Part shown: in pieces, positions 30,261 through 40,250 of the stretch
How positions within the stretch are numbered: position 1 is the first letter of the stretch
Layout of the letters: every line of letters starts with the position of its first letter
Virus record (IMG/VR): IMGVR_UViG_3300046710_000151
Coordinates: 1 to 64,000 of that record
Source of the DNA: a virus
Taxonomy: Duplodnaviria; Caudoviricetes
Reading direction: 5' to 3' (one strand)
Length of the DNA: 64,000 bases
The notes under the pieces: generated by a model
What the model saw: the letters and a program-made list of their open reading frames with translations, nothing else
Told to the model about the DNA's origin: nothing
Database searches by the model: none
Made by a program: the position numbers and the translations under genes

Positions 30261-30469
30261 GGAAAGAGCGCCCGGCATTCGTCAATTGTCATGGGGTACT
30301 CCGAGTTATAGCAGCCTTCCATCGCGCAACTCTGCCAATGATGCGCCCCTTCGTGGCCTGCGGGGCGGTTGCAATAGCAACTCAGCTTTCGGGGGTCGGG
30401 GTCCGTCGGCTTCCGGTGATCCTTTCCGCACGTCGCCCCGCATGTTCGCTTGTCCTTCTGATCGTCCAT
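30245..30469 (-). CDS. Small Cys/His-rich ORF inside an inverted-repeat-bounded segment
   Basis: CGATCG...CYCNRPAGHEGAHHW; its C-terminus MTIDEC duplicates the tail-tip N-terminus. Confidence 0.45.
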   Translation of the reverse strand: MDDQKDKRTCGATCGKDHRKPTDPDPRKLSCYCNRPAGHEGAHHWQSCAMEGCYNSEYPMTIDECRALFPYAGV

Positions 30470-30509
30470 AAACCCAAGTTTACTACACCTAAATGACAAT
30501 TGACGAATG
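30276..30509. repeat. Perfect 17-bp inverted repeat pair
   Basis: CATTCGTCAATTGTCAT (30276-30292) is the exact reverse complement of ATGACAATTGACGAATG (30493-30509). Confidence 0.9.
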
Positions 30510-33500
30510 TAAGGAACTGGTAGCTACCCACCAACCGCTGCTGCTAATCACGATCACCTTCCGGTCGGGTCTGGCCTCGGCGACGGCTACCATTTCCTCG
30601 GGCGGCGCAATCGACTCCATTGGGGTCGATAACGGCGGGGACAGCTACGTCTCCCCGCCCTACGTGACCATCCTGGGCGATGGAGGCGGGGCCATGGCAA
30701 CCGCAGTCGTCACCGATGGCGTGGTCACAGGGGTGACCGTCGATGAGGGCGGGGTCGGCTACACGTTCGCCTTTGTCGTCTTCGGTGACGTGCTCTTTCT
30801 CAGTACGAAGGATGTCACGTACAACGGCATCGACTACCAGGGCCGGTTGAGCGATTTGGACTTGGAAGCGGTGCAGATGATGTCCGAGTCGGGGGTGGAC
30901 GTGCCCGCTTCTCTCACCCTGCACATTGCCGATGCAGATGCGGCGCTTTACCTGAATTGGGAGGAAGGCGACGGCCGTGGGTTCCGGGGCGCCAAGGTGG
31001 AAGCCCGCATCGTCTTCTATGACGTGCTCAGTGGGACGTTCTCCGAGGATTCCGTTGTCCGGTACACCGGCATTTGCGACCCGGCGACGCCAGCCGACGA
31101 AGCGATCCTGGAAGTCCGAAGCACCAACCGGCTGAACGCCGGGATGAAGATGCTTCCCACGGAACTGATCCAGAAGTACTGCTGGAAGATCCGCCCGCGA
31201 ACCGCCTGCCAGTGCGCCGAAGCCGACACCCCCGGCTCCCAGTATTATCCGTGCGGTATCACCGACCCGAATGCGGCGGAGTGCAACACCACGAAAACAG
31301 GATGCGCCGCTGCTAACAATTCCCCCCGATTCTCCGGCGTCGCGTTCGCTCCCCTGCAAAATGGCGGGTATGGCCGGGAATATACCTCTGGTGCCTGGGT
31401 CCAGTTGTTCAACAACGCCAACGTGGCCAAGTACGGGCAGCCGTGGCCATTGGTGCTGGGCCGGGGTTACGTGGAGCCCCCCGTTCTGAACATGCGGCAG
31501 GACGGAAATTATACACGAATGGATGTCGGCCTGTGCGTCGGGCACATCGACACCGGCCGTGATGCGACGGTTGCCATGATTGTCGCAGTCAACGGCGTGC
31601 GCCTTCCGCCGGGCGGGTATGACGATCCGAGCCTGGGATGGGTGGCTCTGAATCCCGGCAATGTCGGCTGGTGGAACTGGGTCGGACGGGGCTGGCGCGA
31701 TGGAGTTATCAATCCGGGGACCGATCCATACGGTTCCGAGGCCACGATTGAATGTGTCATTCCGCAAAAGGCGGCTGGCGGAAACACCGTACCGCAGGTG
31801 TCCGTACTCTTCACCGGACCGATGCCTGGCGCCCCGTTTCAGGGGCCCACTCCCGACGTTCCGGTGGACAGTCCGGCATGGCATCTCTACGACATCCTGC
31901 GGCGCACAGGCTGGGATGCGAGCGAACTCGACTACGACTCTTTCGCGGCGGCCGCCCACATCTGCTCCGAATTCATCGCCTATAGTTCCCAGTACGGAAC
32001 CACGCCAGGCGGGTCTGGAGTCACTGGGATTACGCTGACCAACCATGGAACCCGCTACACGTTCAGCCCGACGGTGACCATTGTCGGTGGCGGCGGGACG
32101 GGTGCCACGGCGGTGGCTTACGTGGTTGATCCGCAAAGCTATAACCACAACGGAATTGGCATCATCCAATATATTGAGGTCACCGATCCTGGCTGGGGGT
32201 ATACCAGCCAGCCCTCCGTCGTCATCACCGATCACTATGGATCGAATGCCGCGGCCACCGCCAGTTTTTCTGCCGATGCCGCCAACCCGCTGCACGTTCG
32301 CTATCGATCGAATCTCATTATCCGCGAACGCCGCCAAGCGTCGGAGATTATCCGGGGAATCCGAGGGAACTTCGCGGCGCTTTTGCAGCCGAACAGTGCC
32401 ACGGGGCAACTCGGCGTGTTGGTGAGGGGAACGCTGGCCGCGCAGCAGCCGATCCCTCAGCCTGGTTCCAATTACAACGATGCCATCATGAGTCAGTTGC
32501 GCGATGGCACGCCAGCTAACGGGTATCCGGCCTATCATTTCACGGAAGACAACACCATCTCCATCAAGGGCATTCCCCGGCCGATCAGCGGCACGCCAAA
32601 CCGGCTGGTTTTCCAATACCAGGATGCCGAAAACCAGTTTGCCGCGACCTCTATGGGGCTGGTCGAGTCCGATGACGTGGAGCGTATCGGGCAGGAGGTG
32701 GCGGCAACCGCACAAATCCTGGGTTGCGCCAATACCGACCAGGCAACCCGGCTTGACCAGATGGCGCTGAAGGAAAGCCTGCGGGGTAATGCCAACGGGG
32801 ATACCCGTGGTACCCGCTACTTCGAAATCCAGACATCGATCCGTGCGATCCGCGTGGGGCTCGGCCAACTGGTCATTGCCACATGGGTGAAGCGAAATCT
32901 CGATCAGCAGCAGCTGCGCGTGATGGGTGTGCAGGGGCCGAACAAGCGCGGTGTCATCACCATCACGGCGGCATGGCATGACGATTCCTGGTACGTGGAT
33001 GCGCTCCTTCAGAAGCCCGCAGACGGATATTCCAATCCTGGAAGGAACAAACTGGCGCGGGCCTCTTATCCGGTGTGTCCGGATATGGTGGGGCCGCGGG
33101 CGGCTTCCGGTGGAGAACTTCAGGGCGATCCCCTGGTGGATGAAACCGACCGGACCTTTGCGGTCCTGCCGATCTACGACGTTTCGACAGACGGCGTGGT
33201 GCTGGCAAAGATGCGGATTCGGACCAAGATCGGCGTCAACCAGTTCGGGTCGGCCCATCCGCCGCAGACCGGAATTCAAGCCTCTACCTCGGATTCGGGC
33301 GGAACGCTTGCCTCGGGGCTCTATTACCTGGCACTATCCGCCCGCGATGGAAACGGAAAACTCTCCACTCTCTCCCTGATCGCTTCAAGGCACATGCCGG
33401 AGGGTGTAACGACGGGCTCCATTATTCTGCCCGTCCAGTGGTGGCACGCAAGCACTGCGGGGTGGGAACTCTTCGCCGGCCGGACGCCGTTCCGGTTGAG

Positions 33501-34584
33501 CCATCAACTGAGCGGAACCGAAACACCCGACAGGGTCACCCTCCAGGATTACAAGGTCTGCTCGTGGGGAGCGCCGGATCAGGAGTTGGACGCTTTGGTG
33601 GCGGTGGGAAAGGTAGTGCGGCACTCGGGGATCACAGGCACCCCTCTGCTTGACGTGGCAGCGGACACCCTCACAATCTCTGGCGATTGGACTGGGGTCG
33701 ATCTCGCCGGCCGGAAGTGCTCGATTTTGGCGAAGGGTGACGAAGTATCCGAAGTCCCGATCCTCAATTACACGATCACCGGGCACTCGGCCACCTCGTT
33801 GGGCGTTACCGACCTGATGGTGACCCCTGATCCCGTGCTGGACGGGGTGGTCAAGGGCGACGTGCTGACGATTCGACTGAAGCCGACCATCACCGACAGC
33901 GGGCAAACGCTGACCGATGCCGCCTGGGATAACCCGCTGGAGAACAATGGCGGCGGTTTGGCGCCGGCAGAAGAGGTCGGCCTGCTTTGCCGCATCCTCT
34001 ACGGCACCGGGCAGGGACTCACCAACACGGTAGCGTCAGCGACGGCCACGAGTCACACCATGGCGCGGGCGTGGCTGGTGGCCCCGGACAGTACGTCCAT
34101 TTTCATCTTCGAAGAGGCAAGCTGGCTTCCCCTGGACACCCCCATCCGGCCGATCAACAATGCGGACCCGGAAACCGTGTTGACGTTGACCTTCCCGGTC
34201 GAAAACTACTGCAAGCGCACCATGCTGGTGGGCCTGCAAACCGAGGATGGCAGCGAAGCGGTCAGCGTGGAAGCGCTCATGCCGGTGCGGGAAGTTTACG
34301 TGTACGGGCAACCTGAAACCACGGTCACGATCACGGAGAGCGACAGCCCCTACCAGTGGCGCTGGTCAGACATGAACGTCTATGCGGACTGTTCGGATGG
34401 CCCGGTGGAAATCGACTTGCTTCCGATGGTTTCCTACGCAGGAAGACCAGCGTTCATGAAGAAAATCTCCCTCGATTCCTTTACCGTCACGATCAAGCCG
34501 TTCGCGGACGAACGAATCGACGGGGAATCGGAAGTCATCCTAGCCGATCAGTGGGAATCGTTGCACATCAAATCAAATGTCTGA
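30493..34584 (+). CDS. Tail tip / central hub (host-specificity) protein
   Basis: 1363 aa; SPAWHLYDILRRTGW, PNRLVFQYQDAENQFA, ALKESLRG, VGLGQLV motifs of the phage tail hub family; two inserted GxGYT-type repeats. Confidence 0.85.
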   Translation: MTIDECKELVATHQPLLLITITFRSGLASATATISSGGAIDSIGVDNGGDSYVSPPYVTILGDGGGAMATAVVTDGVVTGVTVDEGGVGYTFAFVVFGDVLFLSTKDVTYNGIDYQGRLSDLDLEAVQMMSESGVDVPASLTLHIADADAALYLNWEEGDGRGFRGAKVEARIVFYDVLSGTFSEDSVVRYTGICDPATPADEAILEVRSTNRLNAGMKMLPTELIQKYCWKIRPRTACQCAEADTPGSQYYPCGITDPNAAECNTTKTGCAAANNSPRFSGVAFAPLQNGGYGREYTSGAWVQLFNNANVAKYGQPWPLVLGRGYVEPPVLNMRQDGNYTRMDVGLCVGHIDTGRDATVAMIVAVNGVRLPPGGYDDPSLGWVALNPGNVGWWNWVGRGWRDGVINPGTDPYGSEATIECVIPQKAAGGNTVPQVSVLFTGPMPGAPFQGPTPDVPVDSPAWHLYDILRRTGWDASELDYDSFAAAAHICSEFIAYSSQYGTTPGGSGVTGITLTNHGTRYTFSPTVTIVGGGGTGATAVAYVVDPQSYNHNGIGIIQYIEVTDPGWGYTSQPSVVITDHYGSNAAATASFSADAANPLHVRYRSNLIIRERRQASEIIRGIRGNFAALLQPNSATGQLGVLVRGTLAAQQPIPQPGSNYNDAIMSQLRDGTPANGYPAYHFTEDNTISIKGIPRPISGTPNRLVFQYQDAENQFAATSMGLVESDDVERIGQEVAATAQILGCANTDQATRLDQMALKESLRGNANGDTRGTRYFEIQTSIRAIRVGLGQLVIATWVKRNLDQQQLRVMGVQGPNKRGVITITAAWHDDSWYVDALLQKPADGYSNPGRNKLARASYPVCPDMVGPRAASGGELQGDPLVDETDRTFAVLPIYDVSTDGVVLAKMRIRTKIGVNQFGSAHPPQTGIQASTSDSGGTLASGLYYLALSARDGNGKLSTLSLIASRHMPEGVTTGSIILPVQWWHASTAGWELFAGRTPFRLSHQLSGTETPDRVTLQDYKVCSWGAPDQELDALVAVGKVVRHSGITGTPLLDVAADTLTISGDWTGVDLAGRKCSILAKGDEVSEVPILNYTITGHSATSLGVTDLMVTPDPVLDGVVKGDVLTIRLKPTITDSGQTLTDAAWDNPLENNGGGLAPAEEVGLLCRILYGTGQGLTNTVASATATSHTMARAWLVAPDSTSIFIFEEASWLPLDTPIRPINNADPETVLTLTFPVENYCKRTMLVGLQTEDGSEAVSVEALMPVREVYVYGQPETTVTITESDSPYQWRWSDMNVYADCSDGPVEIDLLPMVSYAGRPAFMKKISLDSFTVTIKPFADERIDGESEVILADQWESLHIKSNV

Positions 34585-34681
34585 GAAATCTGAGTGGCTT
34601 AAAGTCGGCAACGCTTACGCTGCAACATCAAATCAAATGTCTGAGAAATCTGAGTGGCTTAAAGTCGGCAACGCTTACGCT
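34565..34681 (+). repeat. 57-bp direct repeat with 60-bp period
   Basis: ACATCAAATCAAATGTCTGAGAAATCTGAGTGGCTTAAAGTCGGCAACGCTTACGCT at 34565-34621 and 34625-34681. Confidence 0.95.
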
Positions 34682-35158
34682 ATAGGCCGCTGCCCGCCGC
34701 TGCCTGAAGCGGAACCCATGTCGGCAAACCTGGTTTTCTGCCTGACTACCTCGTGCCCGGACCCAGCCACGTGGGCCACGCTTTGGGGGCCAGATGCTTT
34801 ATGGTGGGGTGCCGGGAGCGGTGGTACATCCGCGTCGGTGAATCTGTCGGTGTCGCCTTCCGGACTGAGTGCTTTCGTACTCAATTTGGCTTTTGGACAC
34901 TCAGAGTTCTGGTGGGCGCCAGGTTTTTGGGAGACCGGATCGCTTGCCGAAGCGGCGCATGCAACCGTGTCCGGAATTCACCTCGAATGCACCTACGCAG
35001 ATGGCTCCTTCAGGATCAAATGGCCTCGTCATTCATCCTCAAGTTCGGAGGGAGCTTGGGGGACCGCATCGGCGTCTGGGATTGGAGCAACGTTCGCTAT
35101 CTGGCACACGAGCGGACTGAGTAATATGGTCGGCGCCCAATTTAGAGATTTTGCATAA
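34577..35158 (+). CDS. Chimeric ORF: duplicated leader plus a variant copy of the C-terminal domain of 28620-29834
   Basis: MSEKSEWLKVGNAYA twice, then PPLPEAEPMSANL...FRDFA. Confidence 0.6.
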   Translation: MSEKSEWLKVGNAYAATSNQMSEKSEWLKVGNAYAIGRCPPLPEAEPMSANLVFCLTTSCPDPATWATLWGPDALWWGAGSGGTSASVNLSVSPSGLSAFVLNLAFGHSEFWWAPGFWETGSLAEAAHATVSGIHLECTYADGSFRIKWPRHSSSSSEGAWGTASASGIGATFAIWHTSGLSNMVGAQFRDFA

Positions 35159-35280
35159 CGTCTGAATCTTTCCAAGGAGCAACACATGTTTACGCACAGT
35201 ATCCAGCGCACCTACAACGACGGCATCACAAACATCGGCGGCGTGGAAACGGTCACCGCCGATAGCACACGCAACTTTGA
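34693..35280 (+). repeat. 588-bp duplicate of 29369-29956
   Basis: Colinear with an offset of 5324; about 12 substitutions counted by eye. Confidence 0.95.
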
Positions 35281-36017
35281 TGGAAGGCAGCAACGATGGC
35301 GTTACATGGGACACGCTAGACACGGTAAGCAGCGAAACCGGATGGTCTGATGGAGAGATCAGAACGTACACCTGTGACGTGGCAACCACTGCTTACTGCA
35401 TGTTCCGCCTGAATGTGACGGCGATCCAAACAGGCGGCGACTTGTTGCTGATCGGAGAGCTATATCTAATTGGTGATGCGGACGCAACACGAGAACTTAC
35501 CATCCATGACATGACCACCAACAGTAGCCACGCTCCACAGGTGGCTTCTGCTTCCACGCACTTTGGCACCTTTGACGCTTTCCAAGTTTTTGATGGAAAT
35601 GCAGACTTCATACACCCTTGGGTTGGAACCAATACGGGCGTCGATTGGATCAAAGTGGATTTTGGCCCCGGCGTTGCAAATGTGGCAAGCGGATACCGAG
35701 TCCTTGGTCCCGCAGGTTATCCGCTGCGGGCTCCCAAAAACTGGACCTTCCAGGGCAGTACCGATAACTTGTCTTGGGATACCCTGGATACTCAGACGAA
35801 TCAGACCGCGTGGCTCGCTGGAGAGATCCGATTTTTCCCAATCACTCCGGGATTGGGATACCGCTACTTCCGGCTGAACATCACGGCGAATAACAACAGC
35901 GGCGGAGATGCGGCCTACACGGAAATCGCGGAATTCTACATTATTGGAACAATCGGTGCAGCGCCATCAAGCACCGCCCGTGGCTACATCTCCGGCCCCG
36001 GATGGGCGTATCGGTAG
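35277..36017 (+). pseudogene. 5'-truncated discoidin/F5-8-type carbohydrate-binding repeat protein
   Basis: EGSNDGVTWDTLDTV and QGSTDNLSWDTLDTQ repeats, YRYFRLNIT; the frame begins abruptly at the end of the duplicated block. Confidence 0.65.
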
Positions 36018-36097
36018 GAACCGCTGCAAGGTGGGATGAACGAGTTGGTATTTGTGCCGCGCGCCCGTGCGGAGAAAACGGGCGGAAAAGGAGCATT

Positions 36098-36541
36098 ATG
36101 ATTCAACGCAGCTCAGACGGAAATACCCTTACTGGTGTGGATAACGGGAAGTCGTTCTCCCACAACAAGATGGAGGGCGCACCATTCGACGAAATGCTGG
36201 TTACCCTCGACGCGCAGATGCAAGCCGAGAGGGAGAATACCCAAACGCTCCTGGACTACAACCAGAAGCTCGGCAACGTGCAGGGGCCACTGGACGCCGG
36301 ACAGGCACCAGCGGGGACGCCAGTCGCGCCGCCGAAGCCGCAGGCAAAGATCGTGAGCGATACGGGCGTGGTGAGTTCCGCGCCATTCGACCCGCCGCTG
36401 GCCGATCTGGTGATACCGAAAACTACCCCCAGCCAGGTCAACACGGGGGCCGGCGGTGGACTCAGCGACCACGATATGCTGCTGAGGCTGTACCAGGTGG
36501 CCTTCCCGAACGGTGACCCGGCTTACCCAGCCAAAGGCTAA
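36098..36541 (+). CDS. Hypothetical protein
   Basis: AAGGAG RBS; Pro-rich. Confidence 0.6.
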   Translation: MIQRSSDGNTLTGVDNGKSFSHNKMEGAPFDEMLVTLDAQMQAERENTQTLLDYNQKLGNVQGPLDAGQAPAGTPVAPPKPQAKIVSDTGVVSSAPFDPPLADLVIPKTTPSQVNTGAGGGLSDHDMLLRLYQVAFPNGDPAYPAKG

Positions 36542-36564
36542 CGCGTTATACCCAAAGTTCTGCC

Positions 36565-37173
36565 ATGCGCCGCAATCTTCTTATCCTTGTCTTGTCCGGT
36601 GCTTGCTACGCGCAGGCACCGGCCGCGCCCTCAGCGCCGGTCAAGGTAAGCATCCAGTTCGTTCCCGAGCCGATGGAGGTGCTGAAGGCGGTCGGCATCG
36701 CGTCCCGACTCGGCCTGTGGCGCATAGGGATCTGCAACGATAGCGCCATTGCGGTGCAGATCCCGCCGGAGCGCATCTACATGGCCGCCGGATCTGTCCG
36801 GATCGTCTCCCCCGCGCGGGCGTCCCTGGTGCTTAGCCAGCGCCAGAAGCAGAGCGTGAAGGCGGTGATGGTCGAGGTCATCGAGTATGCGCTGATTGGG
36901 GCATCGGTGATCGGAGGCGGCGGGATGTTCTCGATCAGCACGAAGGGTTTGGGTGAGTTGGCGCTGGCGACCGGGGTGGCGCACACGGTCCACGACAAGC
37001 TACAAGGCCAGATTCCTTCTCTGGCCGCATTCACCGAGGATGCCCTGACCGGTCCAGTGGCGCTGGCTCCGGGGCAGTGTGCGACTAAATCCGCCTTTGC
37101 AGCCAAGATGAAGAATCCTCAGGTGGTCACAACCGAGATTTCTTTATCCTATGTGGCCGGACCGCTCAAATGA
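36565..37173 (+). CDS. Secreted/periplasmic hypothetical protein
   Basis: MRRNLLILVLSGACYAQ signal peptide. Confidence 0.65.
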   Translation: MRRNLLILVLSGACYAQAPAAPSAPVKVSIQFVPEPMEVLKAVGIASRLGLWRIGICNDSAIAVQIPPERIYMAAGSVRIVSPARASLVLSQRQKQSVKAVMVEVIEYALIGASVIGGGGMFSISTKGLGELALATGVAHTVHDKLQGQIPSLAAFTEDALTGPVALAPGQCATKSAFAAKMKNPQVVTTEISLSYVAGPLK

Positions 37174-37330
37174 GCCCCGCCCGTCTGGCCCAGTTGATGG
37201 AGAAATACCGCGAGATCGAAGCGCGCGGCTGGCCAACGTATGCCGATAATCCCGCGCGCTGTATCGAGTGCGCGGCGGAGTTTCTGACGCGGCGGGATGA
37301 ACTGCTGAGAGAAGAAAAGGAGACCAAGCA

Positions 37331-37627
37331 ATGCCAGACATACTCGGCATAGAGGCCATTGAATATAAGGTGATCGATTCGTTACTCGACCGGCTGAAGG
37401 CCGAGATTATCCCGGCGTTGGAAGCGGTGATAAAGCGGCGGGTGGACGATGCAATTGAGCAAGTTTCCAACACGATCCACGGGGCGCTGGTGGGCGCGCA
37501 GGGGATCGAGGACAAGGCTGCCGCCGATATTAAGATGGTCATCGGCGCGCTCGATGGGTGGATGGTTGTGCTCGACCCTCCAATCGTGATCCGGGCCATT
37601 CGGTTGAGCAAGCCGGGGGCCGCATGA
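37331..37627 (+). CDS. Hypothetical protein
   Basis: AAGGAG RBS; amphipathic helices. Confidence 0.55.
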   Translation: MPDILGIEAIEYKVIDSLLDRLKAEIIPALEAVIKRRVDDAIEQVSNTIHGALVGAQGIEDKAAADIKMVIGALDGWMVVLDPPIVIRAIRLSKPGAA

Positions 37628-38733
37628 GATTCGCAATTGCCCTCCTATTTCTCCTCAGCCTTTCCGCCCATTCCGCCACGCTGCTGCGCATTCAGTGCGG
37701 CGGTCCGGGCGGGCTGGACGCCGCGGGCAACGTGTGGGCGCCAGACGCCTACTTCACCAGCGGCGCTCGGTGGGGCGCGGCAGAGCAAGCGGTGGCTGGT
37801 GGGTTGCCGCTTCCGGCGCTGCCCTACAACACGCTGAGGTACTCGGCACCCGCAGGCACGCCGATCTTCTACGCGATTCCTTTGCCTGCGGGATCGTACA
37901 CGCTGAAACTGTTCTTCGGCGAGCCGAACAAAACAGGGGTCGGCCAGCGCGTGTTCTCTGTTTCGGCCAACGGCGCGGCCCTCATCACGAACCTGGACCT
38001 GTTCGCTATGGCTCCCGGTGCCCTGAAGCCCTACACCGTGAGTTTCCCACTGGTCACCACGGGGACGACGCTCCGGATCGTCCTGACGCCATCAGTGGGT
38101 AATGCCGACATCTCGGGGATTCAGGTGGATGACGTGACGCCTCCGCCGATACCTGTGGGTTACAAAGGACAATGCGAGGACGGGATTAGGAGTCAGCTTA
38201 TAGTTGGTAGCCAGGGGGGATTATTTCCTGCACCTTATAGCATGTTCTCCTGTAAAAATATGAGTGGGGGGTCACTGCGCATCACGAGGTTCAACTGTCA
38301 GGCGGATGTGGCTGGACAGATTGCTGATTTGCAGGCGAGAGGATCGGATGGTCTGCTCCACTCACTGCTGACATCTCCAGTTGTATGCACGACAGACGGC
38401 GCGGAAGGTTCGGTATTGCCGGGGGCGTCTTACGCCGATGGAGAGGTACTGTGGTGGTTCATCCGGATTGTCGATTCGACAGATCCCGGTCTTCCTTTAG
38501 TGAACCAGGTATCGTTGGTGGCGGTTCTGGAACAAGCATCTGTAACTGTACCGCAGGCACAACTACTCGGGCTGGAGAAATGCTCTGGCACGGGTACTGG
38601 CCGGGATTGCACCGGGATGCTGCGCGCCAAGGTTAGTTTAGGAGACGGCAGTCTACTGTCGTTTTGGGGCATACCGGCTCCGGAGGCATGGACGGTTCCG
38701 TTGCTGGGGATCACATGGACAACTGTTAAGTGA
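37624..38733 (+). CDS. Signal-peptide malectin-domain protein
   Basis: MRFAIALLFLLSLSAHS; LRIQCGG...WAPDAYF; YTLKLFFGE...GQRVFSVSANG...NLDLFA. Confidence 0.8.
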   Translation: MRFAIALLFLLSLSAHSATLLRIQCGGPGGLDAAGNVWAPDAYFTSGARWGAAEQAVAGGLPLPALPYNTLRYSAPAGTPIFYAIPLPAGSYTLKLFFGEPNKTGVGQRVFSVSANGAALITNLDLFAMAPGALKPYTVSFPLVTTGTTLRIVLTPSVGNADISGIQVDDVTPPPIPVGYKGQCEDGIRSQLIVGSQGGLFPAPYSMFSCKNMSGGSLRITRFNCQADVAGQIADLQARGSDGLLHSLLTSPVVCTTDGAEGSVLPGASYADGEVLWWFIRIVDSTDPGLPLVNQVSLVAVLEQASVTVPQAQLLGLEKCSGTGTGRDCTGMLRAKVSLGDGSLLSFWGIPAPEAWTVPLLGITWTTVK

Positions 38734-39206
38734 GCATTATGCCTGACAGTTTGGCGCTCAATCAAAAACCCATCCGTCCTAGAAGTGACGAGCCGAGGTT
38801 CGGGCAGAAATTGTGCCCCGAATGCGATCGTTCATTGCCGTTTGAGACCAAAGCTCAGAGACACCCGGCGTGCAAGAAAAAGCATGACGCCGAGCGTGCA
38901 GCCGAGCGGAAGCGATGAGAGCCGGTGAGCATACCGGGCGCTGCCGGTACTGCGGACATCCCCTGCGGGGTCGTTTGCAGATGTGCACACGGTGCCGGGT
39001 GCCGTCTCAGCAGTATGACGCAGCTTTCAAAAGCGCGCGGGTGCGGTGGCAGACCAAGATGCGCCACCTACTCTGTAGGACTTGGCTGGAACTGCGGCGC
39101 ATCCGGATCGATTTAGCAGGACCGCAAGGCTGGGTGCCGCTGGATCTGCTGATGCGCCTCGATGGGCGCGCGGCATGATTTGCAAAAAAGACTGGAAGGC
39201 CAAACG

Positions 39207-39770
39207 ATGTATCAACTCTTGGTAAATCTCTGGACGGCGGTAACTATCGCAGTGGCGCTGCTGAAGAGCATCGTTGCCGCGCAAGTCACCGAACAAATTG
39301 CGATCCAAGTTCTCAACGGAAAGCTGGATCATGTCATCGACCTCCTGACGCCCAAGCCCGCGGTGAAGTTTATCATCATCGCGGAAGTGGATGGCTGGAT
39401 AACCTACGGAGCAAAGGAAATTCAAATGACGGACACACAACAAGCGATACTGACGATCGAGCCGGTGGACAAGAAGGGCAACCCGGCGCAACTGGACGGC
39501 CCTCCCGAATGGGCGTCGTCCAACACGGAAGTCATCACGGTCACCGCGGCAGCGGATGGCCTCAGCGCGGTAGCCCTGGCAGTCGGTCCCTTGGGGACGG
39601 CGACCGTTTCAGTCAAGGCCGATGGCGACCTGGGACCGGGGGTTACCACGATCTCGGGGACCATCGACATCACAGTAACAGGTGGTGGTGCGGTGACTCT
39701 CAAGATTGCGATGGGCACGCCCACCGAGCAGGGCCCGGTGGCGCCGCCGATCGCACCGAACGTACCGTAA
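39207..39770 (+). CDS. Protein with an N-terminal membrane segment and a C-terminal Ig-like domain
   Basis: DKKGNPAQLDGPPEWASSNTEVITVTAAADGLSA Big_2-like pattern. Confidence 0.65.
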   Translation: MYQLLVNLWTAVTIAVALLKSIVAAQVTEQIAIQVLNGKLDHVIDLLTPKPAVKFIIIAEVDGWITYGAKEIQMTDTQQAILTIEPVDKKGNPAQLDGPPEWASSNTEVITVTAAADGLSAVALAVGPLGTATVSVKADGDLGPGVTTISGTIDITVTGGGAVTLKIAMGTPTEQGPVAPPIAPNVP

Positions 39771-39827
39771 CGCTCTGATCTTCCTCCGCCGGCGTCGAAA
39801 ACTCCGGCGGAGACCCTGGAATAGCAG

Positions 39828-40250
39828 ATGGAAATAAGCCAACCACTCGCCAATCAAGGTGCGCGGATGCCGACCTATCGACCTCTGCCGGTTGCAAGGC
39901 GGCCAATCCATCTGACGAAGAGAGAACAAACGGTGGAGAGGGAGTTGGACTCGGGAAAAAACAATAAGGAAATCGCCGCGGTATTAGGTATAGCGGTGGG
40001 CACCGTGAAGGCCTATCTCGTGCATCTCAAGGCGAAAGATCCCGCATGGGCCAATAGGTACACCACCGGGAACCGCTTGGTAAGGGGACGCGAGCGAGTC
40101 ATGGCGATTCGGCTCAATAGCTGGATTGTTGCGTGGGGTGATGCTTTACCGACTCCGGCTCTTTCAGAAATCAAAGGGATTATGGCCGATCAGGTCTGCC
40201 AGACGCTCTCAGGGATTGAACTTCCCTCGGGGAACTTGACATGCCCATAA
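39828..40250 (+). CDS. LuxR-type HTH regulator
   Basis: LTKREQTV...GKNNKEIAAVLGIAVGTVKAYL. Confidence 0.8.
   Translation: MEISQPLANQGARMPTYRPLPVARRPIHLTKREQTVERELDSGKNNKEIAAVLGIAVGTVKAYLVHLKAKDPAWANRYTTGNRLVRGRERVMAIRLNSWIVAWGDALPTPALSEIKGIMADQVCQTLSGIELPSGNLTCP

Noticed and set aside
30544-33279. 911-aa minus-strand ORF
   Set aside because: Antisense shadow of the GC-rich tail-tip gene with no recognisable motif
29369-35280. Diversity-generating retroelement TR/VR pair
   Set aside because: The differences are not adenine-specific and no reverse transcriptase is present in the window
39784-39812. Intrinsic terminator at the CTCCGCCGG/CCGGCGGAG hairpin
   Set aside because: The 9-bp stem is real, but there is no U-tract on either strand
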